Source of the DNA: Azolla caroliniana
Taxonomy: Eukaryota > Plantae > Polypodiophyta
NCBI GenBank assembly: GCA_043228905.1
Contig: JBHGNT010000016.1
Span: forward strand, 10,168,001-10,232,000
Direction: 5' to 3'
Length of the DNA stretch: 64,000 nucleotides
This document shows, piece by piece, positions 1 through 13,602 of the stretch. Below the pieces are notes generated by a model. That model searched no databases, was not told the DNA's origin, and saw only the letters and a list, made by a program, of their open reading frames with translations. The first letter of the stretch is position 1. Each line of letters starts with the position of its first letter. The position numbers were made by a program, and so were the translations under genes.

Positions 1-1040
1 AAGAAGACAAAGAAAGACCTCCGACACCGGAAGTTGAGCCGACAACACCAAAGGAAGACCGGCAAAGACCTCTGACGCCGATGGAACAGCAAGAAAGACC
101 ACCGACACTACTAGCCCGCGTACCGACACCGGACGACGACATGCCGTTCCAGTACTCCAAGTATAGGGATGACCCGGACACGGAGGCTCATGTTCACGCG
201 TTTCAACAAACATGGGAGGCGAACCATGTGTCACAACGGTTAATCGCAGCCGAAGAGGAACAATCTAAGATAGCCAAATTCGGCGTGACATTGGAAGGAC
301 CGGCCACTAGATGCCACCGGACGCAGGACCCCAGCACCATCACCACCTTTGCGGACCTGAAAGATAAATTCTTGCACTTCTTTTAGAAGGAGGTGGACCA
401 GAGAGAAATGGTGGGCCTATTTTATACCATCCGGCAGGACCCTGGGGAGAGCATTCCGCAGTTTGTCATCCGGTTTCAACGGATGCACAATCAGCTTACC
501 CGAACACCTCCGGAGGAAGAAACACGGGCTATATTCTTAGCCGCGCTCCAGGAACCTCTACGAACTTTATGCACGGTCATCGACTTTCGCACAAGCACCG
601 TCAACCAGGTCATCGACTGGGTTAGAGAAATGGAGAAAACGAGCTCTTGGCTAACAATGAGAGCCCTCCAACGAGCGTTACCAATCGATGAGGATCTCCG
701 GTTCCGGCAAGCAATCCAATGCACGGCCTGCTTGAATTCCGGACACTCGGCACTGGAGTGCACCATGCGAACATAGTGCTTACTCTGCCAATCTACGAGC
801 CACACGATGGACCAGTGCGAATATAACTTATTGAATCGGCAAGCACCACCAGTCCGGCAAATCGATCCACGTAGCAGCCGAGACGAAGAAGATGAATGCT
901 GGCGGCGAGAGGAGCAATATCGACCGGCACAGGATGTCCGGTACAGCGATCGGCGAGACAACTATGACCGGTATGAGAGATATGACAGGTACTGAGATTA
1001 CAATGGACGGTACGAGCATTACAACCGGGATTACTCCCCC
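1..1040 (+). mobile_element. gag: Element A: Ty3/gypsy gag fragment, same family as element F, truncated
   Basis: ORFs 81-386, 393-776 and 807-995 encode a gag capsid-like region, two zinc knuckles (CTACLNSGHSALEC; CLLCQSTSHTMDQC) and an RD/RY-rich tail. Closely similar to 27500-28700 (-). In-frame stops are present and it joins copia sequence abruptly near 1040. Confidence 0.8.
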
Positions 1041-1042
1041 GG

Positions 1043-3552
1043 GTACTGAGGCGTTGTCGACAGCGACATATGTGATAAACAGATCACCCTCAGTGCCCTT
1101 GGATGGAGACACACAACAAAAGGTGTGGACCGGTAAGGAAGTGTTCTACCGGCAGAAGAAGTAGAGGAAGCTAAAATCGAAACCGGCCAAGACCCCGAAT
1201 CGGATTCGGATGAAGAACAAATAGAGGAGCCGGTTGTCGAAAGCCAAAGACGGAGATATCCTCTCAGAGAGAGAAGGCCCCCCCGAAGATTTTCGGATGC
1301 AGAGCATGTGCTGCTGAACGATGAGGGGGAGCCGGAAAGCTTCGAAAAAGCAAAGGATGACACCCATAGCTGCAAGTGGTTGAGTGCCATGCAAGGCGAG
1401 ATGGATTCCCTGCATGAGAACCACATGTGTGAACTGGTGGAGGTGCTGAAAGGAAAGCGGGCACTTCGGAATAAGTGCGTGTACAAGTTGAAACCGGGAG
1501 ATGCCGACAACCGCCGAAGATACAAAGCTAGGATCATGGTGAAGGGGTTCCAACAAAAGAAGGGCGTGGACTTCGACGAGATATTTGCCCCGGTGGTAAA
1601 GATGACTTCCATTTGGACGATGTTGAGCATAAGTGGTAAGCATGGACCTCAGGGTAAAGCAGTTAGACGTGAAGACGGCTTTCCTCCACAGAGACCTCAA
1701 AGAGGAGATCTACATGCAACAACTGGAGGGAGTTGTGAAGAAAGGGAAGGAGCACCTGGTTTGCCGGTTGAAGAAGAGCCTCTATGGTTTGAAGCAGGCT
1801 CCTCGGCAATGGTACCGAAAGTTCGACTCCATGACGGATCAAGGATATCACAAGACGTAGGCTGACCACTGCGTGTTTGTGAAGAAGTTTGAAGCTTGAG
1901 ACTTCCTAATACTCCTCATGTACGTGGACGACATGTTGATCGTCGGACGAGACCAAGTCAAGATATAGATGCTGAAGAAGGTTCTGAACCAGACCTTCTC
2001 AATGAAAGACTTGGGTCTGGCAAGATAGATACTAGGGATGCATATCATCTGGGACCGGTCAAAGAAGCAATTGTGGCTGTCACAAGCGAAGTACGTGACA
2101 AAGATTCTTTAGCGGTTCAACATGTCAGATGTGGAACCGGTCGGATCGGCACTCCCGGCAAACTGCATGTTATCCGGTAAGCAAAGCCCGAAGACGAAGG
2201 TAGAGAAGGCGGATATGATGAAGATACCATATGCCTCTGTCGTCGGGAGCTTAACGTACACAATGGTGTGTACCTGACCGGATATCAGATACGCAGTCGG
2301 AGTGGTGAGCCGGTTTATGAGCAATCCCGCCAAGGAACACTGGAATGCGGTAAAATGGATACTCCGATACTTGAAAGACACCTCAAGTATGTGTCTCCAA
2401 TTCGGCTCCTGTAAACCCCAACTTGACGGTTTCACCGACTCGGATATGTCACCTGATGCGGATACCAGCCGGTCAACATCGGGATATGTTATGACATATG
2501 CAGGGTGAGCTGTTTCGTGACAGTTGAGGCTATAAAAGACGGTTGCGTTGTCAACCATGCAGGCGGAGCACATGGCAGTCGTGGAAGCGGGCAAGGAAAT
2601 ATTATGGATGAAGGACTTTATAAGAGAGCTAGGGATCCGACATGAGGAATATCGGCTCTACTGCAACAGTCAAAGTGCCATCCACCTTGCAAAGAGCACG
2701 GCATACCATTCCAGAATGAAGCACATCCAACGCATGTACCATTGGATCCGGGAGTGAGTAGAAGATCCACACGGAGGAGAACTGGTCGGATATGTTGACC
2801 AAGGTGCTGACACCCAACAAGCTGGACGCATGCCGGAAGCGGATCGGACTAATCAGACATCCCATGCCGGAGTGAAGGGGGAGTTTGTTAGGATTTTAGT
2901 CCCTCCGGATGGGATGATGAAGGCCCGGTGAGAACCGGATGATGCAGACCCAGTGAGAACCGGATGATCAGTACTCGGCAACGAAGACCTGGTGAGAACC
3001 GGATGACGAGTACCCGGCGAGGAAGACCGGGTGAGAACCGGATGACGTAGGCCCGGTGAGAACCTCTCATAGGATGAAGGGACATATATGGAAATATGTT
3101 TCTAAGAGCCCATTGGGGCTACATCTGTAAATATCCCGAAAGTCATATTAGTATAAATATGACTTAGGGCAAATAGGTTCTATGTTGGTCATTCTGTGTT
3201 GATCATTATTTTGTATAGAGTTATTGGTGTAACTACTGTACAGAGCGTAGCAGAGGGAAAGAGAGAGAGTGAGAGAGAGAGAGACAGAGTTAGTCTCTGT
3301 TGTAACCGCTGCCAGGCGAAGTTTGAGAGCAAGAGGTCGTTGCCTCTGTGCTCCCTGTTGTATTCCTCTCGACATAGTGATAGTTGGAGTTTGTGGACTC
3401 CCGTGGTTTTTCCCGTGTAGAGTTTTCCACGTTAACATCCTGTGCCTTCTCTTATGTCTGTGTACTTACTTCCATTTCTTATCTTTCTGTGTTTGATTAT
3501 CATTAAGTGATCTAAGTCTCGGTTGTGGCCGAAGATTATTCCGCATAGTTTC
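1043..3552 (+). mobile_element. pol: Element P: 5'-truncated Ty1/copia (D family), INT end-RT-RNase H plus 3' LTR (2886 to about 3552)
   Basis: EALSTATYVINRSPS (INT), QLDVKTAFLH and YVDD (RT), DSDMSPDADTSRSTSG and KHIQR (RNase H). PPT GAGTGAAGGGGGAG precedes TGTTAG at 2886. Many stops and microhomology deletions relative to element D. Confidence 0.9.
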
Positions 3553-6500
3553 CGTCCGATTTCCAGTTTCCTGTTGCCGGCTGCATCCGGTTCCCGGTTC
3601 CCGACTTTGTTGTCGGTTCTATCCAATTGCCGGTTCAATTCGGTTTCTGGTTGCCGACTCCATCCGGTTGCCGGTTCCTTAGCCACATTTGTCCATGTAG
3701 ACAAATTGGTCCAACTCCAACCATTCCATTTGTGCTCTCAACACATAGATGAAAACCAATGGTTCTCATTCTGCTTATATAGATGGATCCTAAAGTTTCC
3801 TATCTATATAAGCAATTCTATTTTCCTTATCTTCTCAAACTTCATATTCACACATCTTAATACTTATTTATCCATTTTATGCGTAGAAAAATGCGTTATG
3901 AAGCTCTTGAAGATATCTATCTTCCCATATCAATCCATTAAGCTAATCTTAAATACTTATTTTACTAGTTTTCATATTGTGTTTGAAAAACCACACAACA
4001 TTCACCCCCACCAAACCTGCACATCCACCGGTCTGTGCCAATTCTAGTGAGGTTCCTCTTTTGATTATTCTACTTCATCGATGTTTCTTCTTTATACCCG
4101 AACCATCGTTGCCATCCGATCCACCATATTCTTCGTTCAGTCTTTGCATTTCCATGACCGGTTGTCATGGCTCTCTTTGCTCCTCTTGAGCATAATGCTT
4201 CACGCCTCGTGCACATGCCACCTTCGTCTCGGCCATCTCCTTGGTCATGTAACTTTCTTTTATCATCCTTTCTTGTTCCATGCATGCCTTTCAAAGGCCT
4301 TATCGAAGTACTATTGTTGAGTACTCTTAGTGGTTCATTCTTCAACTGCATGCACATCTTGAGGTCCTTAAGTGAACACATTTCATGCTTCTCACTTTTT
4401 CTACTTTCGTGGTACACTTTGGAGTTGACCATGACTTCCTTGTTGCACACACTAGCTTCAACCCTTGCTTCCTCGCCGCCACTGTCCTTCTCTTGGGTCT
4501 TACAACGGTTAATGCCCAAGTCTCTCGAACGAGTGTGGAGGGATCCATACGTTTTCATAGTTTGTCTTTGTCGTGCTACCCTTAGCCGCTTCCACCTTAT
4601 GGTTGTCCGCATTGGCTTTGGCCTTTGTTTCTTCGCCGCCACCTTCCATCTCCTGGGTCTTACATCGGTTAATGCCCAAGTCTCAAGAACCTTTGTGGGG
4701 AAAGTGTCTTCATGATCGTCGTCAACCCTCTTCGACTTGACGTCATTCTCCATGGCTATTTTCTTTAGACTCATGGGCCTCGTACCCATGGACCCTCTTG
4801 ATCGAGAAAGCCTCGATTATTCTTCCCTCTTCTTCGCATGTGTTAGCTTCGGCCCTCACTTCCTCGCCGCCACCTTCCGTCTCTTGGGTCTCACGTTTGC
4901 TTTCTGATGCATCTGCCCAAGTCTCTAGAGCAAGTGTGGAGAAAGTCTCGACATGGCCATCCGCCATTGACTCGTCCATAGCCACCTCTGACTCGATGTC
5001 ATTTTTCGTGGCTATCTCCTCAATCATGTCGGCCTCACACTTTTTATCTCCCTTGATCATGCAAGCTTTTCTCATGCTTGCACCTTCATCACCTGATGTT
5101 TCAGACACGATGCATGCTCCGAAACATTTGTCTTCGCTTGAAGTGGCATTCGCCACCCTCGATTCATTTGTTTCATTCTTCATCATTGTTTCTTTGCAAG
5201 AGGAGAAGGTGTCTTGTTTGACACCTTCTCCCATGGTGCTGACATACCGAACTTGGGCCTTTGTATTGGTTGTATCATTACTCCACCTTTGTTGGGAGGT
5301 CTCCTCTTCCTTGATAACCATTTTAATCGGTTTTGGTTCCATTACAAGATTCTCTTTGGCCTCGACTTGCACCTTTAAATTCTCATATGCCTCGTTTATG
5401 AAGGCCTCTATGTCGAGCACCATCGAACCTTCCCTCTTCAAGCTCTCTTCTTTAGGTGGTAGTTTGTAGTTGCTTCTTGTCCTCCTTTTACCATACGTCA
5501 TTGGTTGTGTTGTTGTCGATGAGAATCTTGTCTTCCTCTTATCGTGTAGTCGACATTCTCTTTCCACTTTCATCCAATCCTTGGTGAGGCCATTTGCACC
5601 ATCATCATCCTCAAGTCGGATTCCAATGGTCTCCTTTCCTTCCTATCTATTGACTTCACAAACGTTATGATTTTTTCCACCCCCACCAATCTTTGATCTT
5701 GCTCTGAGAGTTTTTCAAAGCGACACTCGAACTCAACGAAAGCATGCATGCCACTTTGGTGGGTCTTTAATGATGATACCCCATTGGTCAAACTCGTATA
5801 GCCTGCATCTCTTCGGTTCTTAGTATCTATATGCCTCCATGAGATATCCTCTTGCCACCTCGTTTCACGTCGGGTTCACCAAAGATGTCATGAAAATACG
5901 ACAAGGACATGTGAACTTGAGGCAAGACCTCGGGGCCTCCGACCGGAGGATATTAGATTCGTATGTTTATATTAAAGAATTAATGCAAAATGAGAAAGAT
6001 CCACAAATTTCATTTATAAAGGGAAAGAAAGATTACAATCAATCCCAAGATTGGGATTACAAAAGTTTTAGCTTATGGAGATTAGTAGAGTAATAGATTA
6101 GAAGAAACTAAGATACGGATTCGATAGGAAAATTAGGTTTTTCAGCTTTGATAAGAGATTATGGTTTATGAGTGATATCTTCGTTGAAAAAATTAGGGTT
6201 TTTTAGCTTCGATAAGAAATTAGGGTTTTTGAGTTGATTAAAAAATTTTGGGATATGAGTGCCCTCCTCGATTGATGGATGCCTCCCCTCTAAAAATTAG
6301 GATTCCCCTTTGTTGAGCGGCAAGCTCAACCGGAGCCGGATCGGCTGAATAAGCCTGAGCCGGTAAGCGAGATGAATCGGTATGCCGGTGAGCAACCGAG
6401 CCGGTAAGCAGTAAGGACCGGTGAGTTGGCGAGCCGGTATGCCGGATCCAATCCATAACTGGAAGCCTAGTATAGGTTAGACTACTAGGCAGTTATAGTC

Positions 6501-9389
6501 TCGTAGTTAGTGTCAGACGCTCGTGTGAGCATTGAAGTACACCGTACTTCTAACAGTCCCGTGTGGACTTGTATAAATCGCGCTGATGAGCACGTTGTAG
6601 ATACAGAGTACAGAGCTCAGAGTATTCATATAATTTTGAAAAATAGTGTGTCCCGCTCTCTCTCTCTCTCTATCTCTCCCGCGTACTCTCTCTCCCCTTG
6701 TGTATTGTTCTTTCTAACGCTTCCGCAAGCAATCTTTCACATGGTATCAGAGCGTGTGGGTTGAGAACCTCTGCTGCAGACATCTATGCTTGTGAAGGAA
6801 ACCCTAACAGATCGGAAAATAGACACAAAAGGAGGAATGGACAGAGGTATGGCTACGTCGCTCCCGATGGAGAAGCTCGACAGAACCAACTACACATCTT
6901 GGTCATACAAGATGCACCAGTACCTGCTTGGGCATGGCTACTGGAGTTATGTCGAGGAGTGAACGACTCAACACTGGAGACGACACACAAGGACTTCCCA
7001 GCGTGGGAACAGGCGGCAAGCAGGGTGATGTACTGCTTCGCGTCTAGTGTCGGTGACCAGCGGCTTAGCCATATCCGTGACGCGAAGACATTGAAGGATG
7101 CTTGGGGAAACTTAAAAAAGGTCTTAGCCACAAGCATCACTTCCCGGAAGCTGCAACTTAGACAAGAGTTGAGCAATGTTCGATAGAGGAACATGTCGGT
7201 GGCAGATTACACAGCTCGGATCAAAGCGATCTGTGACTCGCGTACCTCTATTAACGTCACCGTAGAGGAAGACGAGATGGTGCAGGTCTGTCTTGGAGGC
7301 CTGGCGTCCAAGTTCGGAGCTTTCCGGACTGCGGTTTGTACAAGGGAGAATACGCCCTCATTTTTCGACTTACAGTCGATGCTCCTTGTAGAGGAGAACC
7401 ACGCCGGTGCATCTACCAGTGCATCCCCAGACAGTCGAATGCTGTACACGGGAGCTGATCGGTCCCGCGGGTGTGGTGGACGAGGTAGGTCGGCACACAT
7501 TGGAGGCGGCCAGCAAGAGTAGGAACGAAGGCACAATGAGCGTACCGACAACAGTTCCGGGACTTCCACAAGTAGGGGGAGTCAAGGTGGTGTCGGAGGC
7601 TAGCAGGACAAATCCCCCACGAAATGCTGGTACTATGGAAAAAAGGGCCACAGGGAAAGCGAGTGCTGGAGAAAGCGTGCCTATTTGGACAAATCCGGAT
7701 CCGGTAAGACTGGTAAGGAAGGCCGACAAAGCTCGCACTACGCAAACGGATCGGGAGGATCCAAGAATGGTAAGGAGCCAGCCTTGGTGATGAAGCACAA
7801 GGCAAACTCAATGAAGAAGACCACTTCCAAATCGGAGGAAGTGTGGTACGTTGACTCCGGCGCATCGAACCACATGACGAGCCACAAGGAGTGGTTCTCC
7901 TTTTTGGAGAAGCCGGATCAACCGAGAGTTGTCGAAACCGGAGACGACACTCCCCACCTGATCGTGCACGTCGAAGAAGTCCCTTTGAGCCACGTCGGAC
8001 AGAGGGGGAAACTGATGAATGTATTACATGTTCCGACGATCACGAAGAACCTGGTGTCGGTCGGATAGATCGTCGACCAGGGGATGTAGGTGCGGTTTAT
8101 TCACCTCGGGTGCTTCATTGAGGATGAGGGCGAAGTTATTGCGCAAGGGCGCAGAGATGGGAGGATGTTTATCCTCAACACCAATGACGTCGGCACCGCA
8201 TTGTTCGCCAAAGGAGAGAAGGTCGAGTCGGATATCGACTTGTGGCACAAGCGGATCAGCCATGTCAACTACCGGAGGCTTCAAGACCTGCAAACGGAAC
8301 AAGTCGTTTTCGGTTTGCCGAAGTTTAGCGGCCGGAGAGCCCATATTTGTGAAGCCTGCCAACTCAGGAAGCAACACCAGCTTCCATTCCCCACCGAAAG
8401 AAATCGAAGCCGTAACAAGCTCGATCTTATCCATTCGGATGTGTGGGGACCGGCACAAAATGTTAGCATTGGCGGGAGTCGATATTTCGTCTCCTTCATC
8501 GACGACTACACACGACATATGTGGATCTACCTCATTGAGCGGAAGAGCGAAGTCTTCGAGTGTTTCCGGAGCCTCCAGAAGATGGTAGAACGAGAATCGG
8601 AGAGGAAGATCAAATGCCTATGGTCGGATGGCGGAAAAGAGTACTTTTCTGGCCAATTCAATAGCTATTTGCAACAAAAAGGAATTCGGAGAGAATTCAG
8701 CTGCAGATACACACCGCAACAGAACGGTGTGGCCGAAAGGAAGAATCGGTCGCTGATTGACGTGGCTAGGGCAATGCTGGAGTAAAAGAACATGCCCAAG
8801 TTCTACTGGGCGGAGGCAGTCCAAACGGTCGTTTACATCCAGAACTGGATCGGGGACAAGGTGTCAGCTCATGAGCTGTATTTCGGGCGCAAGCTGAATT
8901 TGAGACACCTCCGGATATTCGGCAGCATAGCCTATGTGTTGGGAACTCGACGTTCCTTATGTCCGACGCTCGACCACAACCGAGATTCTTTATATACACA
9001 GAAAAACAGGTAATGAAACGAGATACAAAAGAGGAGGAATGGTACATAGGAGGTATACGTGGAAAACCCCAAAATAGGGGAAAAACCACGGCAGCCCACA
9101 AGCTGCAAACTGTCACTATGTAGAGATGTACAACAGTGAGATCACTGAGGCAACGACCTCGAGCTCTCAGATCTTCGCCACAGGCAGCGGTTACAACAGA
9201 GGCAACGACCTCATCTCTCTCTCTCTCTCTCTCTCTCTGTACAGTTACGCGCTCAGATTTCTTCTTGCACCAACTACAAAGAATAATCACAAAACGACAA
9301 CAACAAAAAAAAAACCCAAAGTTTGCCCTAAGTCATATTTATACTAATATGACTTTTCGGCTATTTACAAATGTAACCTTGATGGGCTC

Positions 9390-9510
9390 CATCCGGCTCT
9401 CCGCAGTCGGGTACTCCTCATCCGGCTTTCCGCAGTCGGGCCTACACCATCCGACTCTCCGCAGTCGGGTACTCCTCATCCGGCTTTCCGCAGTCGGGCC
9501 TACACCATCC
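9390..9510. repeat. Four alternating 29-bp tandem units in the U3 of the D LTR (also at about 14113-14233)
   Basis: CATCCGGCTCTCCGCAGTCGGGTACTCCT and CATCCGGCTTTCCGCAGTCGGGCCTACAC arranged A-B-A-B. Confidence 0.9.
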
Positions 9511-9541
9511 GGAGGGACCTGTCTACCAACAAACTCCCCCT

Positions 9542-12500
9542 TCACTCCGGCATGGGGTGTCCTTCCAGCCCGATCCTCTTCCGGCATGCGTCCAACTTGT
9601 CGGGTGTCAGCACTTTGGTCAGCATATCCGACCCGTTCTCGGCCGTGTGGATCTTCGCCAATGCGAACTCCTGGTCATCTACCCTTTCCCGGATCCAGTG
9701 ATACCTCCGCTGGATATGCTTCGTCCGGGAATGGTAGGCCGCATTCTTAGCAAGGTGGATGGCACTTTGACTGTCGCAGTAGAGTCGGTATTCCTCTTGC
9801 CGGATATCGAGCTCCCCGATGAAGTCCTTCATCCATAATATTTCCTTGCCGGCTTCCACAGCCGCCATGTACTCCGCCTCTGTGGTTGACAATGCAACCG
9901 TCTTCTGCAGCCTCGACTGCCACGAGACAACTCCCCCTGCATATGTCATCACATACCCGGATGTAGACCGGCTGGTATCCACATCAGCCGACATGTCCGA
10001 ATCGGTGAAACCGTCCAGTTGAGGTTTTCCGGTGCCGAATCGGAGACACATATTTGAAGTGCCCTTCAAATACCGGAGTATCCATTTGACCGCGTTCCAA
10101 TGCTCCTTGCCGGGATTACTCATGAACCGGCTCACCACTCCGACTGCGTATCCAATGTCCGGTCGGGTACAAACCATTGCGTACATCAAGCTCCCGACGG
10201 CAGAGGCATATGGAATCTTCATCATATCTGCCTTCTCTCCTTTTGTCTTCGGGCTTTGCTTGCCAGACAACTTGCAGTTTGCCGGAAGTGTCGATCCGAC
10301 CGGTTTTGCATTTGACATGTTGAACCGGTGAAGCACCTTTGTCACATACTTCTCCTGTGACAGCCATAATTGCTTCACTGACCGGTCCCGAATGATGTGC
10401 ATCCCCAACATCTGTCTTGCCGGACCCAGGTCCTTCATTGAGAAGGTCCGGTTGAGAGCCTTCTTCAGCATCCGAATTTTTCCTTGGTCTCGTCCGACGA
10501 TCAACATGTCATCCACGTACAGGAGAAGTATCAGGAAGTCCCCTCCTTCGAACTTCTTCACGAACACGCAGTGATCGGCCTACGTCTTGTGGTACCCTTG
10601 ACCGGTCATGAAGGAGTCGAACTTCCGATACCATTGCCGGGGAGCCTGCTTCAGTCGTACAGGCTCTTCTTCAACCGGCATACCAGGTGCTCCTTCCCTT
10701 TCTCCACAAATCCTTCCGATTGCTGCATGTAGATTTCCTCTTCGAGGTCGCCGTGGAGGAATGCCGTCTTCACGTCCAGCTGCTCTACCTCGAGATCCAT
10801 GCTTGCTGCTATACTCAGCACCGTCCGGATGGAGGTCATCTTTACTACCGAGGTGAATATTTCGTCGAAGTCCACGCCCTTCTTCTGCTGGAACCCCTTC
10901 ACCACGATCCTGGCTTTGTATCTCGGGGGGTTGCCGACATCTCCCGGTTTCAACTTGAACACCCACTTGTTTCGGAGTGCCCGCTTTCCTTTCGGCAGCT
11001 CCACCAATTCGTACGTATGGTTCTCATGCAGGGAATCCATCTCATCCTGCATGGCACTTAACCATTTTCGGCTGTGGGTGTCTTCCTTCGCTTCTTCGAA
11101 GCTTTCCGGCTCCCCCTCATCGGTCAGCAGGACATGCTCTGCATCCGGAAATCTCCGGGGCGCCCTTCTCTCTCTGAGAGGGTATCTACGTCTTCGGGCT
11201 TCGGTAATCGGTTCCTCCATTTGCTCTTCATCCGAATCCGATTCGGGGTCTTGATCGGTTCCGGTCTCAACTTCCTCTACTTCTTCTTCTGCCGGTTCGG
11301 TATCCTCAGTGTAACCGACTGGTTCTTCGAGTGCTAACCGGTCTCTTGCCGGTTGGGTCTGCTCATTGTAGAGTCTATCCTTACCGGTCGACTCGGAGTT
11401 CATTATCTTCTTCTCCGACTCCCAGTCGGCGAGCGTCTTGTCCTCCATGAAGATAATATCTCGACTCCGGAATACCTTCTTGTCGACCGGGTCCCACACT
11501 CGGTAGCCGAACTCATCGTCACCATAGCCGAGGAATATGCATGGCCGGGTCTTTGGATCTAACTTTCCTCTCCGGTCCTTTGCTACATGCACGTATGCGA
11601 GACACCCGAACACCCTTAGATGCCGGTAGGACACTTCCTTACCGGTCCATACTCTCTGTGGCGTGTCTCCGTCCAAGGGTACTGAGGGTGATCTGTTTAT
11701 CACATATGTCGCCGTCGACAGTGCCTCAGCCCAAAACTTCTTGGGTAGTTTTGCATGCGCTAGCATACTCCGGACCCTCTCCATTATGGTCCGGTTCATC
11801 CTCTCGGCCAGTCCGTTTAGTTCCGGCGTCTTCGGCACGGTGAATTCGAGCCGGATTCCCTTCGAGCGGCAGTACTCCTCGAACTGCCCCCGGTACTCTC
11901 CTCCGTTATCTGCTCGAACCGCCTTCAGCTTCCGGCCGGTTTCTCTTTCCACTCTCGCGTGGAGCTCTTTGAAGACGGATAACACCTGATCCTTCGTCTT
12001 CAGCGGTGTGGCCCACAGCTTCCGGCTGTGGTCATCTATGAACGTCACGAAGTACTGCGCTCCGGCATGTGACTTCGTGTCTACTTGACAAACATCCGTA
12101 TGCACCAACTCCAGTGGTGCATTACGTCTCATCGGTGGCCTTGGTCGGAAGGAGGTCCGGTTCTGCTTACCAGCCAGACAGTCAGTGCACTTCTCTAAGT
12201 GCACGTTCTTTACTGAAATGAGGTTGTCGTCTCCAAGCCTCTTCATCCCCTTCTCACTCATGTGACATAGCCTCTTGTGCCACAGCTCACCGGCAGTGTC
12301 GGAAGCCACGTTCACTTCTTCCGAACATAACCGGGCATTCATCAGGTACAATGTGTTTACCTTCCGGGCCCGAGCCACAATCAGGCTCCCTTTGCTGAAC
12401 TTCATGACACCGTTCCGGATGCTACCCGTGTAGCCTTCATCATCCAGCCGACCGGCTGATATCAGGTTCAGACAAACTTCCGGAACGTGTCGGACATCTT

Positions 12501-13602
12501 TCAACAGCAACTTGCATCCGATTGGTGTTGTCAGCCACACGTCTCCTATGCCGACAATTCGGCATGTTCCTTCATTCCCCATCCGGACACAGCCGTGATC
12601 ACCGGCTGAGTAGGGTGAGAAGCATTTCCGGTCCGGGGTAAGGTGGAACGACGCTCCAGAGTCTACCACCCAGGTCATCTCGTCACCGGCGTGGTTTATC
12701 TCACTCTCCTCAGTGATGAGCATCAACTCCTCTTCACTTGCCGCAATTGCCGTCGTTCCCTTCCGGTCCGGCCCCCTCCGGTCTTTACCATTCCGGTCTG
12801 TACCGTTCCGGTTCGGGGTTTGCTTCGAATCGGTACCGTCGGTTTCCTTGTCTTTACGGAAATGCCGCCAGTTCTTTTGGAAATGTCCCGGCTTGCCGCA
12901 ATAGAAGCAAGTAGGCCTTCCCCTTGACTTTGACCGTGTCCCCGACTTCTCCCGGTTCTGGGGACTACGGTTTCTATGTCTTCCGCGTTCCGATTCGGTA
13001 AGGAGCGCTTTGGAGTCGGAGCTCGTATCTTTGTCTTTCCGACAAGCCTCCTTATCTAGCAAGCTCGACTTTACTCTTGCTAGGGATAACCGTTTTCCTT
13101 CCGGCCCGGCGTTGCCCAAAGTGACAACCAACGTCTCCCAGCTATCCGGGAGGGAACCGAGCAGGAGTAGCGCTAGGACCTCATCGGCAAGAGGTACTTC
13201 CAATGACGTTGCCTGGTGAATCAGCCCCTGGAAGGCATTCATATGCTCCGCCATGCTGGAGCCATCTTGGTACCGGAGTCTTACTAGCTTCCGGAATACC
13301 GACACCTGATTGACAGCATTTTTGTTCTGGAACATTATGTCGATCTTCTCCCAGAGCTCATGAGCCTTGCTCTCTTCATTGAAGTTGTTGTACAGGCTCA
13401 TGTCGATGAAGCACCGTATGTACGCCGTTGTCTTCATGTGCATCACCTCCCATATCGCGGCGTCGATTTTGTCCGGTCTCTTGTCCCCGAACTGAACTGG
13501 CAGCCAGAGGTCCTTAACCACGAGCATGTCCCTCATCTTCGACTTCCACACTGAATAGTTGGAGCCGGTGAGCTTGAACATGCCGCCAAACGATTCGTCC
13601 AT
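9542..13602 (-). pseudogene. gag-pol: Copia gag-pol polyprotein of element D, nearly intact (one frameshift near 10655, one TAG at 10580)
   Basis: ORFs 10651-13812 and 9542-10567: CFYCGKPGH knuckle, WVVDSGASFH protease, LWHKRLCH...C..C, HTDVC/ADNGGEY/NGLAER integrase, QLDVKTAFLHG and YVDD RT, RNase H. Confidence 0.95.

Noticed and set aside
2925-3065. CRISPR-like repeats (GGTGAGAACCGGATGA with variable gaps)
   Set aside because: Gaps are short and related to each other, the array lies in a copia U3, there are no cas genes and the context is eukaryotic.
4167-5469. Long hydrophobic Ser-rich plus-strand ORFs as env-like or membrane proteins
   Set aside because: They are antisense shadows of the purine-rich charged ORFs on the minus strand.
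5864-5881. tRNA-Trp gene fragments (also 24544, 38837, 62054)
   Set aside because: They include the CCA and abut LTR ends, so they are primer-binding sites.
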